Shown here: positions 39,670 to 50,358 of the stretch, one piece after another
Numbering within the stretch: position 1 is the stretch's first letter
Layout: each line of letters begins with the position of its first letter
Source of the DNA: Deltaproteobacteria bacterium
Lineage (GTDB): Bacteria; Desulfobacterota_D; UBA1144; Nemesobacterales; CSP1-2
Length of the DNA: 64,000 nucleotides
Assembly (NCBI GenBank): GCA_052390235.1
Contig: JBQTHB010000002.1
Span: 384,001 to 448,000 of the forward strand
Direction of reading: 5' to 3'
Position numbers and translations under genes: made by a program
Notes under the pieces: model-generated
What the model was told of the DNA's origin: nothing
Database searches by the model: none
The model's input: the letters and a program-made list of their open reading frames with translations, nothing else

Positions 39670-40515
39670 CTATCTGCCTCTCAGAATCACAAGACCCGGC
39701 TTTCCGCGCAGATAGCCAACCAAATCCTCCTCCACGACGGCTCCTGCCGCTTTTTTAGAGGACGCGTGTCTGAGCAGTACCCTGCCGCCGCGCTTTATAA
39801 TGACCCCCGTGTGAGACACGTCGAGACCGTCAATGGCTGAGTAAATGCCCGCGTAATCTCCGGTTTTCATGCGCCTGAGCATAGGGCTGTCAATCGCCTC
39901 GGAGGGGATATAGGATATTTCTCTGTCAACGGGCGGGATTCCGGGAAGAAACGGGCTTCCGTCCGATTTTTTATTGAGCGTTTTTGTGGCTGTAACCGTT
40001 TTCGCTCCCCCAATTTCTGCTGTAACGTCCTGTATCCGCCCCGAATTGAATTCCCGCCAGTCCGTAAAAAAGTGGTTTCTAGCCTGAAACGAGACCTCGC
40101 CCGTTCGATATCGCACCGAAATGAGATGATGTTTGAAACCCTCGTAAGTTGCCGCAAGCCGCAGAGCCTCAACGTAGTCAATGTAGGTGAAGCAGTCCAT
40201 AGCCCGAAGGTTCACGACTAGCGCCTCTTCGGTCTGCGCGTCGCCGATTAAGGTCGCATCCCCGTAGGGAGTTCCCAGTAGCCGCTCCGAGATATAATCT
40301 ATTCGCGCGCCGGGGTCGGAGATTGCGGCTGACCTCTCTAGCACCGCGCCCAGTTCATACTCCGTCCATTTGCCGAGAATCTCGATCTCGCGGCTATTTG
40401 CAGGATTGACTGCGCTAGGGGAGGCGGCATTGCAATGAATGAGAGTACCTGCTAGAGCGGCGACGATAATAATCAGAATCAGCGGCTTGCTCGCCCCGTT
40501 GAGTGGATTTGTCAA
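39670..40515 (-). CDS. DUF1460 (AmiA-like) peptidoglycan amidase family protein
   Basis: LGTPY, DCFTY, RNHFF, LDVSHTG, HASS; TTG start overlapping the upstream TGA, with GGAGG SD. Confidence 0.8.
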   Translation of the reverse strand: MTNPLNGASKPLILIIIVAALAGTLIHCNAASPSAVNPANSREIEILGKWTEYELGAVLERSAAISDPGARIDYISERLLGTPYGDATLIGDAQTEEALVVNLRAMDCFTYIDYVEALRLAATYEGFKHHLISVRYRTGEVSFQARNHFFTDWREFNSGRIQDVTAEIGGAKTVTATKTLNKKSDGSPFLPGIPPVDREISYIPSEAIDSPMLRRMKTGDYAGIYSAIDGLDVSHTGVIIKRGGRVLLRHASSKKAAGAVVEEDLVGYLRGKPGLVILRGR

Positions 40516-41879
40516 TCTTCTCCCTCCGAATACCTGTATTCTTTCATCTTGTAGAGCAGAGACCTGAGGCTTATGCCGAGCAGTTTTGCCGCCTGCGTGC
40601 GGCTTCCTCCAGTTTTTACAAGCGCCTTTTCGATGCACGCCTTCTCGAGTTTATCCCACGCCTCGCCTAGCGTGAGGGAGTCGTACCAATAATCCCCGCG
40701 CAAATCGTCCCCTCTTGCTGACAGGTCAACTTTTGCGATGAATTCCCCATCTGATAGAATTATCGCCCGCTCGATGACGTTTTGAAGCTCCCTCACGTTC
40801 CCGCGCCACGGGTATTGGAGAATCTCGCCCATTGCCTCTTTGCTTATGCCTTTTATGCGGCGGTTCAGGCGCTCCCCAATGCTGGTGATGAAATACTCGA
40901 CGAGCGGGGGGATGTCCTCGCGCCTGTCTCGTAGCGGGGGGATGTGAATGCCAAGCACGTTTAGGCGGTAGAACAGGTCGCCTCTAAATGTGCCTAGCTC
41001 CACTGCTTCGGCGAGATTCTGGGATGTGGCGGCGATGATTCTCACGTCAACCTTGACGGTCTTAGTGTCTCCGAGCCTTCGGATTTGCTCGTCCTGAAGC
41101 GCCCTTAGGAGTTTCGGCTGCAGAGATGGGGGAAATTCTCCGAGTTCGTCGAGAAATAGGCATCCGCCGTCGGCTTCCTCGAATAGCCCTCTCTTTGGGG
41201 AATTTGCGCCGGTAAATGCCCCTTTGACGTATCCGAAAAGCTCGCTCTCAAGCAGGCTCTCAGGGATGGCGGCGCAGTTTATAGCCACAAATGGTTTCCC
41301 GCGCCTCTCGCCCTCTGAGTGTATTGCTCTGGCAAAGAGTTCTTTGCCGGTTCCGCTCTCGCCCGTGATTAGCACTGTGGTCTTGTGCTGCGCCGCTTTT
41401 TTGGCAATTTCTATCACGGATTTGATTTTATCGCTGGCGAAAATGATTTCTGAAAAGCTGTCCCCGGTGGCGGCGCGTTTGCGCAGATAAGCGTTCTCTC
41501 GCTTGAGTTTACGCCTCTCCTCAGCCATGCGCATTCTGAGTATAAGCTCGTCTGAGTGGACGGGTTTTCCAATATAGTCATCCGCCCCGTTTTTCACGGC
41601 TTCGATGGATGACTCAATAGTTCCGTAAGCCGAAATCATTATCACGACCGGCTCAAGCCCCCGGCTTCGTATCTCTCGCAGGAGCGCTAGCCCGTCCATT
41701 CCCGGCATTCTAATATCCGATACAATGAATTCAAAGTTCCCCCCCTCGTCCACGAGCCTCAGCGCCGAGAGCGCGTCCCCAACCGATTCAACCCCAAAAC
41801 CCTCGGCTTCGAGGATAATCGAAAGCGTCTCGCGTATCCCGATTTCATCGTCAACCAATAGCACTCTGCCAGCTTTCAT
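40512..41879 (-). CDS. NtrC-family sigma-54-dependent response regulator
   Basis: REC domain; [22 protein letters not shown]; Fis-type HTH. Confidence 0.93.
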   Translation of the reverse strand: MKAGRVLLVDDEIGIRETLSIILEAEGFGVESVGDALSALRLVDEGGNFEFIVSDIRMPGMDGLALLREIRSRGLEPVVIMISAYGTIESSIEAVKNGADDYIGKPVHSDELILRMRMAEERRKLKRENAYLRKRAATGDSFSEIIFASDKIKSVIEIAKKAAQHKTTVLITGESGTGKELFARAIHSEGERRGKPFVAINCAAIPESLLESELFGYVKGAFTGANSPKRGLFEEADGGCLFLDELGEFPPSLQPKLLRALQDEQIRRLGDTKTVKVDVRIIAATSQNLAEAVELGTFRGDLFYRLNVLGIHIPPLRDRREDIPPLVEYFITSIGERLNRRIKGISKEAMGEILQYPWRGNVRELQNVIERAIILSDGEFIAKVDLSARGDDLRGDYWYDSLTLGEAWDKLEKACIEKALVKTGGSRTQAAKLLGISLRSLLYKMKEYRYSEGED

Positions 41880-43384
41880 GGATTCTGGACTCCGGGAAAT
41901 TTTATCAAAAAAACCGCCCCCTCTCCGGTGCCACTCCTCTCCACTCTAATCTCGCCGCCGAATAGCTTCACTATTCTCTGGCACACCGAAAGCCCAAGCC
42001 CGGTTCCTTTTCCCGGCTCTTTGGTGGTGAAAAAGGGGTCGAACACTCTATCCGCCGCATTGGGGGGGATGCCGTATCCGTTATCGGCGACGCGGATTTC
42101 CACGTCGCCCGCCTCTGTTCCCAGAGTTGATACGGAGATTTCGCCGTTTATCTCGGCTACGGCGTCTGTGGCGTTTAGGATTAAGTTTATCATGACCTGT
42201 GTGAGCTGATTGGGGTCAATATACACCTGCGGGATTGAGGCGTCGAGCTGTAAGCTCAGCCTGACGCGCTTGAGCGCGCCCTGGGCTGATAGAATTTCGA
42301 TTGAGCGGCGCACTGCGGCGTTAATGTCGGATTTGCGCGCTTGAAAATCTCTGGGGCGCGCGTAATCGAGGAGGGTGCGGATGATGAGGTCAATTCTGTC
42401 GGTTTCGCGCTGGATGTTGCCCAGGAACTCGTCCCGTTTCGATTCATCTGAAACGAATCCTCTTTTCAGCACCTCTACGTAGCCCCTTATGGCGCTGAGG
42501 GGATTGCCGATTTCGTGTCCCACGCCGGCGGCGAGTTTCCCGAGGGATGCGAGTTTCTCCGACTCGATGAGCTCTTTTCGGGCGCGCAGAATGACCTCGT
42601 TCGACTCCCTCAGGGCCTCGATGTTTTCCTTGAGTATCTGCTTGTTTGCTTCTATCTCCCCGTACATTTTTCTCAGCGCCGAGTGGAGCAGGTTGATTTC
42701 CTTGACGCCTCCGGGGTTTTCTTCCTCTGGGAATCTTCCGGCGGCAATCTGCTCAGTGGCGGCTATGAGCTTTTCTACCGGTTTTACGATTCTTCGCGAG
42801 AGGATATAGAAGCCGAAAACCGCAATTATAGCCAGATTTATGATTATCGAGGTCGCAATAAGCCTCTGGCTCAGAATCAGGTTCTCCTCGACGAACGAAA
42901 ACGGCAGATAGAGCAGAATAACCCCTCTTCCCCCCTCGCCGTCTGCCACGGACGAGGCGATTTTAAGCCCTCTGTAATACGAAAACGGAGGCGCGCTCAC
43001 TCCCTCGACCCGTATCGCCGTCCTGCCCGTTTTCATCACCTCTAGTATCATTGGGTCTGCGATATTTATTCTCACATCCTCTGAAACCGGCTCGACTTGA
43101 AAACCCCTTCTGTCCTTGTTGTAGGCGATGACCCCCCATACGCCCGACTTAAGTACGCCCCTGAGGAAATCGAGGCTCTCGTCTAGGTTTGCCCTGCGCG
43201 CGTGGACGACTTCAAACGACTTGATGACCGCCCGCGCCTCCTGCGCCTTGCCCCGGAGCGTCGCGCGTTCAGTGATTTTGAAGGCGATGATGCCGATAAT
43301 AAACATTGCCACGGCTGTAATAAACAGCAGGTTAAATAGAATCTCGGCTCTAAGCCCGACCTGGCGCATCATAAATATCCACAC
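41876..43384 (-). CDS. Membrane sensor histidine kinase (HAMP-HisKA-HATPase)
   Basis: EKLASLG, HEIGNPL, FFTTK..G.GTGLGL; exact start uncertain. Confidence 0.9.
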   Translation of the reverse strand: MWIFMMRQVGLRAEILFNLLFITAVAMFIIGIIAFKITERATLRGKAQEARAVIKSFEVVHARRANLDESLDFLRGVLKSGVWGVIAYNKDRRGFQVEPVSEDVRINIADPMILEVMKTGRTAIRVEGVSAPPFSYYRGLKIASSVADGEGGRGVILLYLPFSFVEENLILSQRLIATSIIINLAIIAVFGFYILSRRIVKPVEKLIAATEQIAAGRFPEEENPGGVKEINLLHSALRKMYGEIEANKQILKENIEALRESNEVILRARKELIESEKLASLGKLAAGVGHEIGNPLSAIRGYVEVLKRGFVSDESKRDEFLGNIQRETDRIDLIIRTLLDYARPRDFQARKSDINAAVRRSIEILSAQGALKRVRLSLQLDASIPQVYIDPNQLTQVMINLILNATDAVAEINGEISVSTLGTEAGDVEIRVADNGYGIPPNAADRVFDPFFTTKEPGKGTGLGLSVCQRIVKLFGGEIRVERSGTGEGAVFLIKFPGVQNP

Positions 43385-43512
43385 TCATACATTGAATCCG
43401 GCATCATTTAATTCTAATACGGGTTTCCCTAAAAATCAGGTTATTCCCCGCTTTCGTCCTCCTTCGCGCCATTGACACCGCCCGTAGGGATGTATAATAA
43501 TCTGCGGCTCCA

Positions 43513-45933
43513 ATGAAATTCACTCTAAACTGGCTCAAACAGTACGTTCACGTTTCGATATCCCCGGAACAGCTCGCCGAGCGTCTCACAATGGCAGGGC
43601 TTGAGGTGGAATCCCTTAATTATAGCGGGCAGGGTCTGGACAGCGTCGTCATCGTCCGAATCCTAGGCATCAAACCCCACCTGAGCGCGTCGAAACTCGT
43701 GCTGTGCGACGTTTCCGACGGCGCAAGGGATTACAAAATCGTCTGCGGGGCTAAGAACATGAACCCCGGCGACCTAGTTGCCCTGGCTAAAATCGGGGCA
43801 ATCCTCCCCCCTACGGAGAAATTCCCGGACGGGGTGGAGATTAAATCCGCTAAGATTCGCGGCGAGGCGTCCGAGGGGATGCTCTGCGCCGAAAACGAAC
43901 TGGGCTTAAGCGAGGAGAGCGAGGGCATTATGATACTCCCTCCCTCAGCGCCGGTGGGAGCGAGCCTCAGGGATTATCTTGGGCTGGACGATGTGGGGTT
44001 CGAGGTCGGGGTTACGCCCAACCGCGCGGACTGTCTCAGCGTTGTCGGGATTGCGCGGGAAGCGGCGGCGATACTCGGCGAGTGCGTTAGTTACCCCGGC
44101 TTCGATGTCTCGGAAGATGCCGGCGGCTCGATAGGGGATTTCATAAAAGTTCGCGTAGAGGACGGCGGCGGCTGCCCGCGATACTCCTGCCGCGTGATAC
44201 TGGATGTGAAAATCGCGCCGTCTCCCGAATGGCTTAAGGCTCGCCTTGAGGGCAGCGGCATAAGGGCGATAAACAACGTCGTTGACATTACCAATTTCGT
44301 CCTGCTCGAGCTTGGTCAACCGCTTCACGCCTTTGACTACGACCGCATCGAGGGCAGAGAGATAATCGTCCGCTCGGCTGAGGACTGCGAGTTGGTTGAA
44401 ACTCTCGACGGCGCCAAGAGGAATTTATCACCGCGAGATGTCCTCATCTGCGACGGAGCAAAGCCGGTTGCTATTGCCGGAGTCATGGGAGCGGCAAATA
44501 CCGAAATCAGCAGTACAACCACGAATATCCTGCTGGAGAGCGCCTATTTTGACCCCTCCCGCGTGAGGGGAACGTCCAAGAGGCTGGGTCTGCGCTCGGA
44601 ATCATCCTATAGGTTTGAGCGCGGGGTTGACCCCAACGGAGTGGTCAAAGCCCTAAACAGGGCGGCGGAGCTTATAAGGGCGCTTGCCGGAGGGCGCGTG
44701 GCTGGGGGCGCGGCGGACGTATATCCCTCTGCTGTGTTGCCCCCTGAAGTCTCTGTCTCGCTCAAGAGGCTACGCTCGGTTCTAGGAGCGGACATCTCGC
44801 CCGAAAGGGTCGCGCAGATAGCGGCGGGGCTTGAATTTGAGCTAATCGAGGCCGGCGGCGCCGAATTTAAATTCCGCATCCCGACCTTTAGATTCGACAT
44901 AGCCAGAGAAATTGACCTAATAGAAGAGGTCGCAAGGCGCTACGGCTACGGCAACATCCCCAAGGCTCTGCCGTCGGTTCGGATGACGTCATCGGGGGCT
45001 AACAAAAGGGGCGCAGATGCGCTCGCTAGGGCTAAGGACACGCTTCTTGCCCTTGGGTTTTCGGAGGCTATAACCCTCAGTTTCGGCAACCCCAAGGTGT
45101 TTGACCTCTTCGATGCCCTGCCGAGTGTCGCCGTGCTAAATCCCATATCCGAAGAAGCCTCGGCTATGAGGCGCAGCCTCGTTCCGGGCGTAGTGGGCGT
45201 CGCCCTTGCAAATCTCAACCGCCAAGCCCAGGACGCGCGCATATTTGAAGCGGGCAGGGTCTATGCGCCAAGCTCCAAGGGGCGGCTCCCGGTAGAAACC
45301 CTGAAAATCGCGGGAGCGGCGGCGGGCAGGGCGGGAGCGCAGCTTTGGGAAAGGCGAGAGGCGGATTTCTTCCATATCAAAGGCGTGGTTGAGCGTCTCC
45401 TTGAGGTTTTTTCGTTGGGCGATAGAATCAGGTTTGAGAAAAATACCGCCGTCTCTTTTCTCCATCCCGGAAGGTCAGCCGCAATCGTCGCTGGAAACGC
45501 CGAGGTGTTAGGATTTGCGGGCGAGCTTAGCGCAGATTTGCAGGAGAAGCTCGGAGCGGCGAAAAAGCTATATATATTCGAGTTGGATTTAGATAAAATC
45601 TCGGCGTATTCCAAGCGGGCGATGAGAAAATTCACCCCTCTGCCCAAATTCCCCGCCGTAAAGAGGGACGTTGCCCTCATAGCGCCGGATGATTTGTCGG
45701 CGGCGGAGATTCTAAGAGAGATAAAAAAATCCGGCGCGGGATTAATTGAAGAGGCCGCCGTCTTTGATGTCTTCAGGGGCGGCTCCATCGAGGGCGGCAA
45801 AAAGAGCGTCGCCGTGTCGCTTGTCCTCAGAGCGGGCGATAAGACCCTTACCGAGGAGGAAATCAACGCCGCGCAGAACCGGATACTCGAATCCCTGCGA
45901 TTGTCCCTCGGAGCGGAATTGCGTAAAATATAG
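43513..45933 (+). CDS. pheT: Phenylalanine-tRNA ligase beta subunit
   Basis: TPNRADCLS, INNVVDITN, RFERGVD, DLIEEVAR; TTGACA and TATAAT upstream. Confidence 0.96.
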   Translation: MKFTLNWLKQYVHVSISPEQLAERLTMAGLEVESLNYSGQGLDSVVIVRILGIKPHLSASKLVLCDVSDGARDYKIVCGAKNMNPGDLVALAKIGAILPPTEKFPDGVEIKSAKIRGEASEGMLCAENELGLSEESEGIMILPPSAPVGASLRDYLGLDDVGFEVGVTPNRADCLSVVGIAREAAAILGECVSYPGFDVSEDAGGSIGDFIKVRVEDGGGCPRYSCRVILDVKIAPSPEWLKARLEGSGIRAINNVVDITNFVLLELGQPLHAFDYDRIEGREIIVRSAEDCELVETLDGAKRNLSPRDVLICDGAKPVAIAGVMGAANTEISSTTTNILLESAYFDPSRVRGTSKRLGLRSESSYRFERGVDPNGVVKALNRAAELIRALAGGRVAGGAADVYPSAVLPPEVSVSLKRLRSVLGADISPERVAQIAAGLEFELIEAGGAEFKFRIPTFRFDIAREIDLIEEVARRYGYGNIPKALPSVRMTSSGANKRGADALARAKDTLLALGFSEAITLSFGNPKVFDLFDALPSVAVLNPISEEASAMRRSLVPGVVGVALANLNRQAQDARIFEAGRVYAPSSKGRLPVETLKIAGAAAGRAGAQLWERREADFFHIKGVVERLLEVFSLGDRIRFEKNTAVSFLHPGRSAAIVAGNAEVLGFAGELSADLQEKLGAAKKLYIFELDLDKISAYSKRAMRKFTPLPKFPAVKRDVALIAPDDLSAAEILREIKKSGAGLIEEAAVFDVFRGGSIEGGKKSVAVSLVLRAGDKTLTEEEINAAQNRILESLRLSLGAELRKI

Positions 45934-45998
45934 GGCATATAGCAGGTGTGGTCGGGCTTGTCGGGGTTTGATAAATTTATTTGCGAGAGGTATTTGGC

Positions 45999-46286
45999 AT
46001 GACAAAAAAAGAGCTGGCTGAGGAAATCAATACTAAAATCGGGCTATCCAAAAGAGAGTCCTCGGAGATTATCGAGTTCTTCTTTGAACTGGTGAAAGAG
46101 AGAATTAACGGCAAAGAAGGCATAAAACTCCCGCGATTCGGCAGTTTCAGAATTCAAACCAGAAAATCCCGCAAGGGCAGAAACCCCGCCACCGGAGACA
46201 CCATCGAAATCTCCGAGCGCAAAGCCGTAGTATTTAAGCCGAGCCGATACCTGCGCGATGCCGTCAACAAAGAAGTATCCGAATGA
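45999..46286 (+). CDS. ihfA: Integration host factor alpha / HU-family protein
   Basis: MTKKEL, FGSF, GRNPATG, FKPS; follows pheT. Confidence 0.8.
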   Translation: MTKKELAEEINTKIGLSKRESSEIIEFFFELVKERINGKEGIKLPRFGSFRIQTRKSRKGRNPATGDTIEISERKAVVFKPSRYLRDAVNKEVSE

Positions 46287-46948
46287 GTCGCATCGGCGGC
46301 TCGATAAAACGCAATTTTATCGCGGGCATCCTCGTTACTGTTCCGTTCGCTATTACTATATACGCCCTCTATATCGTGTGTAACTGGGCGATAGCCATGC
46401 TGAGCCTCATCCCTGCGGGCTTTCTCGCGTCCCAGTTCTCGCAGCTCCCCTCGCCGCTATTTAAAATTCTCTCATTTGCCGTTGGGCTCTCGGCGACTCT
46501 CCTATTGCTGCTGCTCGCCGGTGCGCTTGCCAGAAATTACATCGGCGGGAAAATCGTGTCGTTCTCCGAGTGGGCGCTCTCGAAAATCCCTTTTGCAGGG
46601 GCGCTGTACCAGTCGGTCAAGCAGAGCTTCGCCGCAATTTTCGGCGACGGCATCAAGGGGCTCAAGCGCGTCGTGGCGTTTGAGTATCCGAGGCGGGGGG
46701 TGTATTCCATAGGATTTGTAACGGGGGTTTACGAGGATGCCCCCGAAGCCGGCGCAAAGCTCTTAGGGGTGTTTCTCCCCACGGCATTTAACCCAACGGG
46801 AGGGTTTTATCTACTCATCCCAGAGGATGAGGTTTGGGAACTGGACATGAGCGTTGAAGAGGCGTTTAGGATTATCGTATCAGGAGGGCTTGCCTCTGGA
46901 AAGGGTGAAAATCTCGGATTCCGTCCTGGGAACAATCAGAAAATATGA
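46283..46948 (+). CDS. DUF502 membrane protein
   Basis: FIAGIL...P, EYPRRG, FLPT..NPTGG, IVSGG. Confidence 0.85.
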   Translation: MSRIGGSIKRNFIAGILVTVPFAITIYALYIVCNWAIAMLSLIPAGFLASQFSQLPSPLFKILSFAVGLSATLLLLLLAGALARNYIGGKIVSFSEWALSKIPFAGALYQSVKQSFAAIFGDGIKGLKRVVAFEYPRRGVYSIGFVTGVYEDAPEAGAKLLGVFLPTAFNPTGGFYLLIPEDEVWELDMSVEEAFRIIVSGGLASGKGENLGFRPGNNQKI

Positions 46949-48290
46949 TATGCTCGCCCCGGGAGATAGGCTCGTCGTCGGCGTTTCGGGCGGGGCTGAT
47001 TCGGTCTGTCTCCTCCACGCCCTCGCGGAACTGGCGGAGTGTAGCCTGAGCCTCGTCGTAGCGCATCTGCATCACGGCATCAGGGGCGATGAAGCCGAAA
47101 GAGACCTGCATTTTGTCGAGGCTTTGGCACAGGGGCTGAACCTCCCGTTTGAATCATCGAGGGTTGATGCGCCGAAGTTTAGCCGTGATTCGCATCTTTC
47201 CCTAGAAGATGCGGCGCGCTCTTTGCGATATGAATTCTTCCGGCGGATAGCCGATAAATGCGGCGCGCAAAAAATTGCCACTGCCCATACGCTTGACGAC
47301 CAAGCCGAAACCGTCCTCATGCGTCTCATCCGAGGGAGCGGCAGGGCAGGGCTATCCGGGATTGCCCCCGTGTCCGAAGACGGGCGAATCGTCAGACCCC
47401 TAATTAATACGCCCAAATCCGCCGCCATCAGATATTTGACCCGGCGCGGGATTTCCTGGGTCGAGGACTCTACCAACATATCCAGGGAGATTCTTAGAAA
47501 CCGCATCAGGCTCGACCTCCTCCCGCGTCTCAGGGAATATAACCCGAACGTCGTCGAAACCCTCGCTCGGACGGCGGAAATCCTCCGCGCTGAAGGCGAT
47601 TTCATCGAGAGCAGGGCTGGGAATTGGATTGAATACGCTATGCGCAGCGCGGACGAAGGCGAGCTTATTGGCTCGGTATCGCGGTATAAATTGATTCCAA
47701 AAGCGCTCAAATACTCGTTCCTCAGAGCGGCAATAGCGAAGGTCAAAGGCGACCTCAAGCAGATTTCATCCGTTCATCTAATCTCCGCCGACGAGCTTCT
47801 GATGTCGGCGTCTGCATCGGGGGAAATCTCGCTTCCCGCCAAAATTCACATCGCAAGGGGCTATGATTTATTTTCCATCGCCCGCAAAGGGGATGGCGAT
47901 GAGAAATTCCGCTATGAAATCCCCTCTCCTGGCAGGTGGATTTTCCCCGATGCGCAAATCGAGGTTGATTATGTCGAGAGCGCTCATTTCGGAGGCGAGC
48001 GGTACACGGCTCATTTCGATGCCCGCTGCGCGCAGTTCCCAATCGAGGTCAGCAACTTTAACGATGGGATGAGGTTTCATCCTCTGGGGATGCGCGGAGC
48101 CAAGAAGCTCAAGAGATTTTTTATTGATGAGAAAATACCCAGATTTGCGCGCCGCAGAGTCCCGATATTTCTCACAAAAGGGGAGGTCATCTGGGTAGGC
48201 GGGATGAGGGTTGATGAGAGATTTAAGGCAGAGCCCAATGGCAGGGCGCTTCGGATTACGCTAGCCAAGCCGAGGTGGATTTTTGATTAA
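46905..48290 (+). CDS. tilS: tRNA(Ile)-lysidine synthetase
   Basis: SGGADS, AHTLDDQAET, RNRIR; start approximate. Confidence 0.93.
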   Translation: MKISDSVLGTIRKYDMLAPGDRLVVGVSGGADSVCLLHALAELAECSLSLVVAHLHHGIRGDEAERDLHFVEALAQGLNLPFESSRVDAPKFSRDSHLSLEDAARSLRYEFFRRIADKCGAQKIATAHTLDDQAETVLMRLIRGSGRAGLSGIAPVSEDGRIVRPLINTPKSAAIRYLTRRGISWVEDSTNISREILRNRIRLDLLPRLREYNPNVVETLARTAEILRAEGDFIESRAGNWIEYAMRSADEGELIGSVSRYKLIPKALKYSFLRAAIAKVKGDLKQISSVHLISADELLMSASASGEISLPAKIHIARGYDLFSIARKGDGDEKFRYEIPSPGRWIFPDAQIEVDYVESAHFGGERYTAHFDARCAQFPIEVSNFNDGMRFHPLGMRGAKKLKRFFIDEKIPRFARRRVPIFLTKGEVIWVGGMRVDERFKAEPNGRALRITLAKPRWIFD

Positions 48291-48385
48291 CTGGGCGGAG
48301 TTCAAGACAGTTCAGCGCTCCACGGTTGCCGCTCTCAGACTTTGCCCACTTATGACAGAGCCGCTCCAAATCCGAGCGGCAAATC

Positions 48386-49090
48386 CTAGTATGAGGGAAT
48401 CTCCTTGGAGAAGAGAGGCGGGAGTATCTCAAATTTCCCTCTGCCCTCTTTCACAAATTCGCACATTAGAAGCTCGGCTCTCGATTCGCGGCTCGGATGA
48501 ATGAATCTCGCTCTCGATGGCTGAAGACGTCTTTTGAGCGCCTCTGAAATCACCTCCGCAAAGCGCCATGCGGGGTAGATGCAAGCCCCTCTCCCACGGG
48601 ATTTGAGCAGATAGCGCATCGCCTCAAGCACGTCCCCCATTTCGCACAGGATTTCATGCCTCGATACCGCCCTTTCGGATTTCAGCTGTGCGTACCCCCC
48701 CCTCGATTCTAAATACGGGGGATTCGTGATGGCGGCGTCGAAGGATGCGGGCTTGAAGAGGGATTTGACGAGCCTTATATCGCCCTCGACGACACTAATT
48801 CTATCGCTGAAATTGTTTAGCTGGACGTTTCTTCGCGCGACCTCGGCGACGTCCGGCTGAATTTCTAGCCCCGTGATTTTCTCCACAACCCCGCTTTGAG
48901 CTATCGCCAAAGCGATAATCCCGCTCCCGGTTCCCATGTCTATCACGGAATCGCCCCTGTGGACTCGCGCAAATCCGGCTAGCCGAATCGCGTCTTCGGT
49001 GTATCGGTATCCCATACGCTTTTGAATTATCCGAAGCCCACGGAATCCGTCTAAAGTCTCATCGTCTTCGATTTCCATATCGAGATTCAT
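48386..49090 (-). CDS. tRNA1(Val) A37 N6-methyltransferase-like
   Basis: DMGTGSG, NPPY, SRHE. Confidence 0.82.
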   Translation of the reverse strand: MNLDMEIEDDETLDGFRGLRIIQKRMGYRYTEDAIRLAGFARVHRGDSVIDMGTGSGIIALAIAQSGVVEKITGLEIQPDVAEVARRNVQLNNFSDRISVVEGDIRLVKSLFKPASFDAAITNPPYLESRGGYAQLKSERAVSRHEILCEMGDVLEAMRYLLKSRGRGACIYPAWRFAEVISEALKRRLQPSRARFIHPSRESRAELLMCEFVKEGRGKFEILPPLFSKEIPSY

Positions 49091-50049
49091 CTGATTTCGC
49101 CGAATGCCAGCGCCCCCGCGCCGATGATGCCGGCATCGTCTCCTAGCTCGGATTTTAGTATGGCAAGCCTCGCCACAGGGGCGGAAAGTCCCCTTCTCTT
49201 TACTACGGCTCTGGCATAGTCAATAAACAATTCTGAGGCGTTTGATAGCCCCCCGCCGATGATAGCCGCCTCGATATTGAGCAAATTGGCGATATTCGCG
49301 AGGGCAATTCCGAGGGCTTCGCCGACCTCTTGCCAAATCCAGAGCGCGGAGTTATCGCCTAGGCGCGCGGCTTGGGCGACGATTTCTGGGATTCTCTCGG
49401 CAGGGGCCCCAGCAAGGTACTCTCTTAAACTCGTGTTTAAACTGTGGTTTTCGATGATCTCTCCTGCCATGCGCCTTACGGCATTTGCCGAGGCGTAGCT
49501 CTCGAGGCATCCGAAATTCCCGCAGTTACACCTCGCCCCGTAGCGATGAATCGTGGTGTGTCCTATCTCTCCTGCCATGCCGTCCCTTCCGCGCCAAACC
49601 CTTCCGCCCAGAACCATCCCGCCGCCGACTCCCGTTCCAAGCGTTATCACAATAAGGGATGAAAAACCCGCGCCCGCGCCGAATTTCCACTCGCCGAGAG
49701 CGGCGGCTGTGGCGTCGTTTTCGATGAATATTGGGAATTCGCCTCCGAGTTCTCTCTCAAGAGCGGCTCTTAAGGGGTAGTTTTTCACCGAGGATATGTT
49801 TGGGGCTTGCGTCAGAATTCCACTTTGGGTGTCAATTATTCCAGGCACTCCCAAACCCGCCCCAACTATATCTACTCCGCCGCTTTTAAGAGCGGAAATC
49901 ACACTCTTGAGGTTGCCGATGACGGCCTCTATACCCGCGCCCGCTTCAGAGGGCAGGCTCAGGCGTTTTAGCATCTCGCCGGATTGGCTGATTAATCCGC
50001 CTCTGAGGTTTGTGCCGCCTACGTCAATTCCGATAGCGAGCTTTTGCAT
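49087..50049 (-). CDS. ROK family glucokinase
   Basis: GIDVGGT, END, GTGVGGG, GEIGH, CNCG..GCLE. Confidence 0.9.
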   Translation of the reverse strand: MQKLAIGIDVGGTNLRGGLISQSGEMLKRLSLPSEAGAGIEAVIGNLKSVISALKSGGVDIVGAGLGVPGIIDTQSGILTQAPNISSVKNYPLRAALERELGGEFPIFIENDATAAALGEWKFGAGAGFSSLIVITLGTGVGGGMVLGGRVWRGRDGMAGEIGHTTIHRYGARCNCGNFGCLESYASANAVRRMAGEIIENHSLNTSLREYLAGAPAERIPEIVAQAARLGDNSALWIWQEVGEALGIALANIANLLNIEAAIIGGGLSNASELFIDYARAVVKRRGLSAPVARLAILKSELGDDAGIIGAGALAFGEIR

Positions 50050-50195
50050 TAGCCGAAATTATATAATGCGCGGGATACAGGATGCAAGAGGTTATAGAAC
50101 GTATAAACCGTTCGAGGCGGGGGCGCGCCTGAGGGAGTGGGAATTATCTATCGAACCGTTGCGGCGGCGAAATTCTGCTCCTAGAAGATTTCATA

Positions 50196-50224
50196 TTGAC
50201 AATTATCCGCTTTTACTCTAATAT
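50196..50224 (+). promoter_or_regulatory. Sigma-70 promoter upstream of the TetR gene
   Basis: TTGACA-N17-TAATAT. Confidence 0.65.
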
Positions 50225-50358
50225 TAGGACGTACTGGTTGGTGCTAAAATGAGTGGGGGGGATAAGCGCGGAGAGATTGGGTGGGGGGGATGAGAGTTGG
50301 GAAATCGCCGAAGATGCCGCCGAGCTTCTAACCATGCCAGCCTAGGAGAGTTGAGATA

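Noticed and set aside
40516..40638. Long N-terminal extension of the DUF1460 ORF
   Set aside because: It overlaps the regulator's coding end; an SD-supported TTG at 40515 precedes the signal segment.
43731..48268. Numerous long antisense ORFs over pheT and tilS (and similarly elsewhere)
   Set aside because: Shadow frames of well-supported genes in GC-rich DNA.
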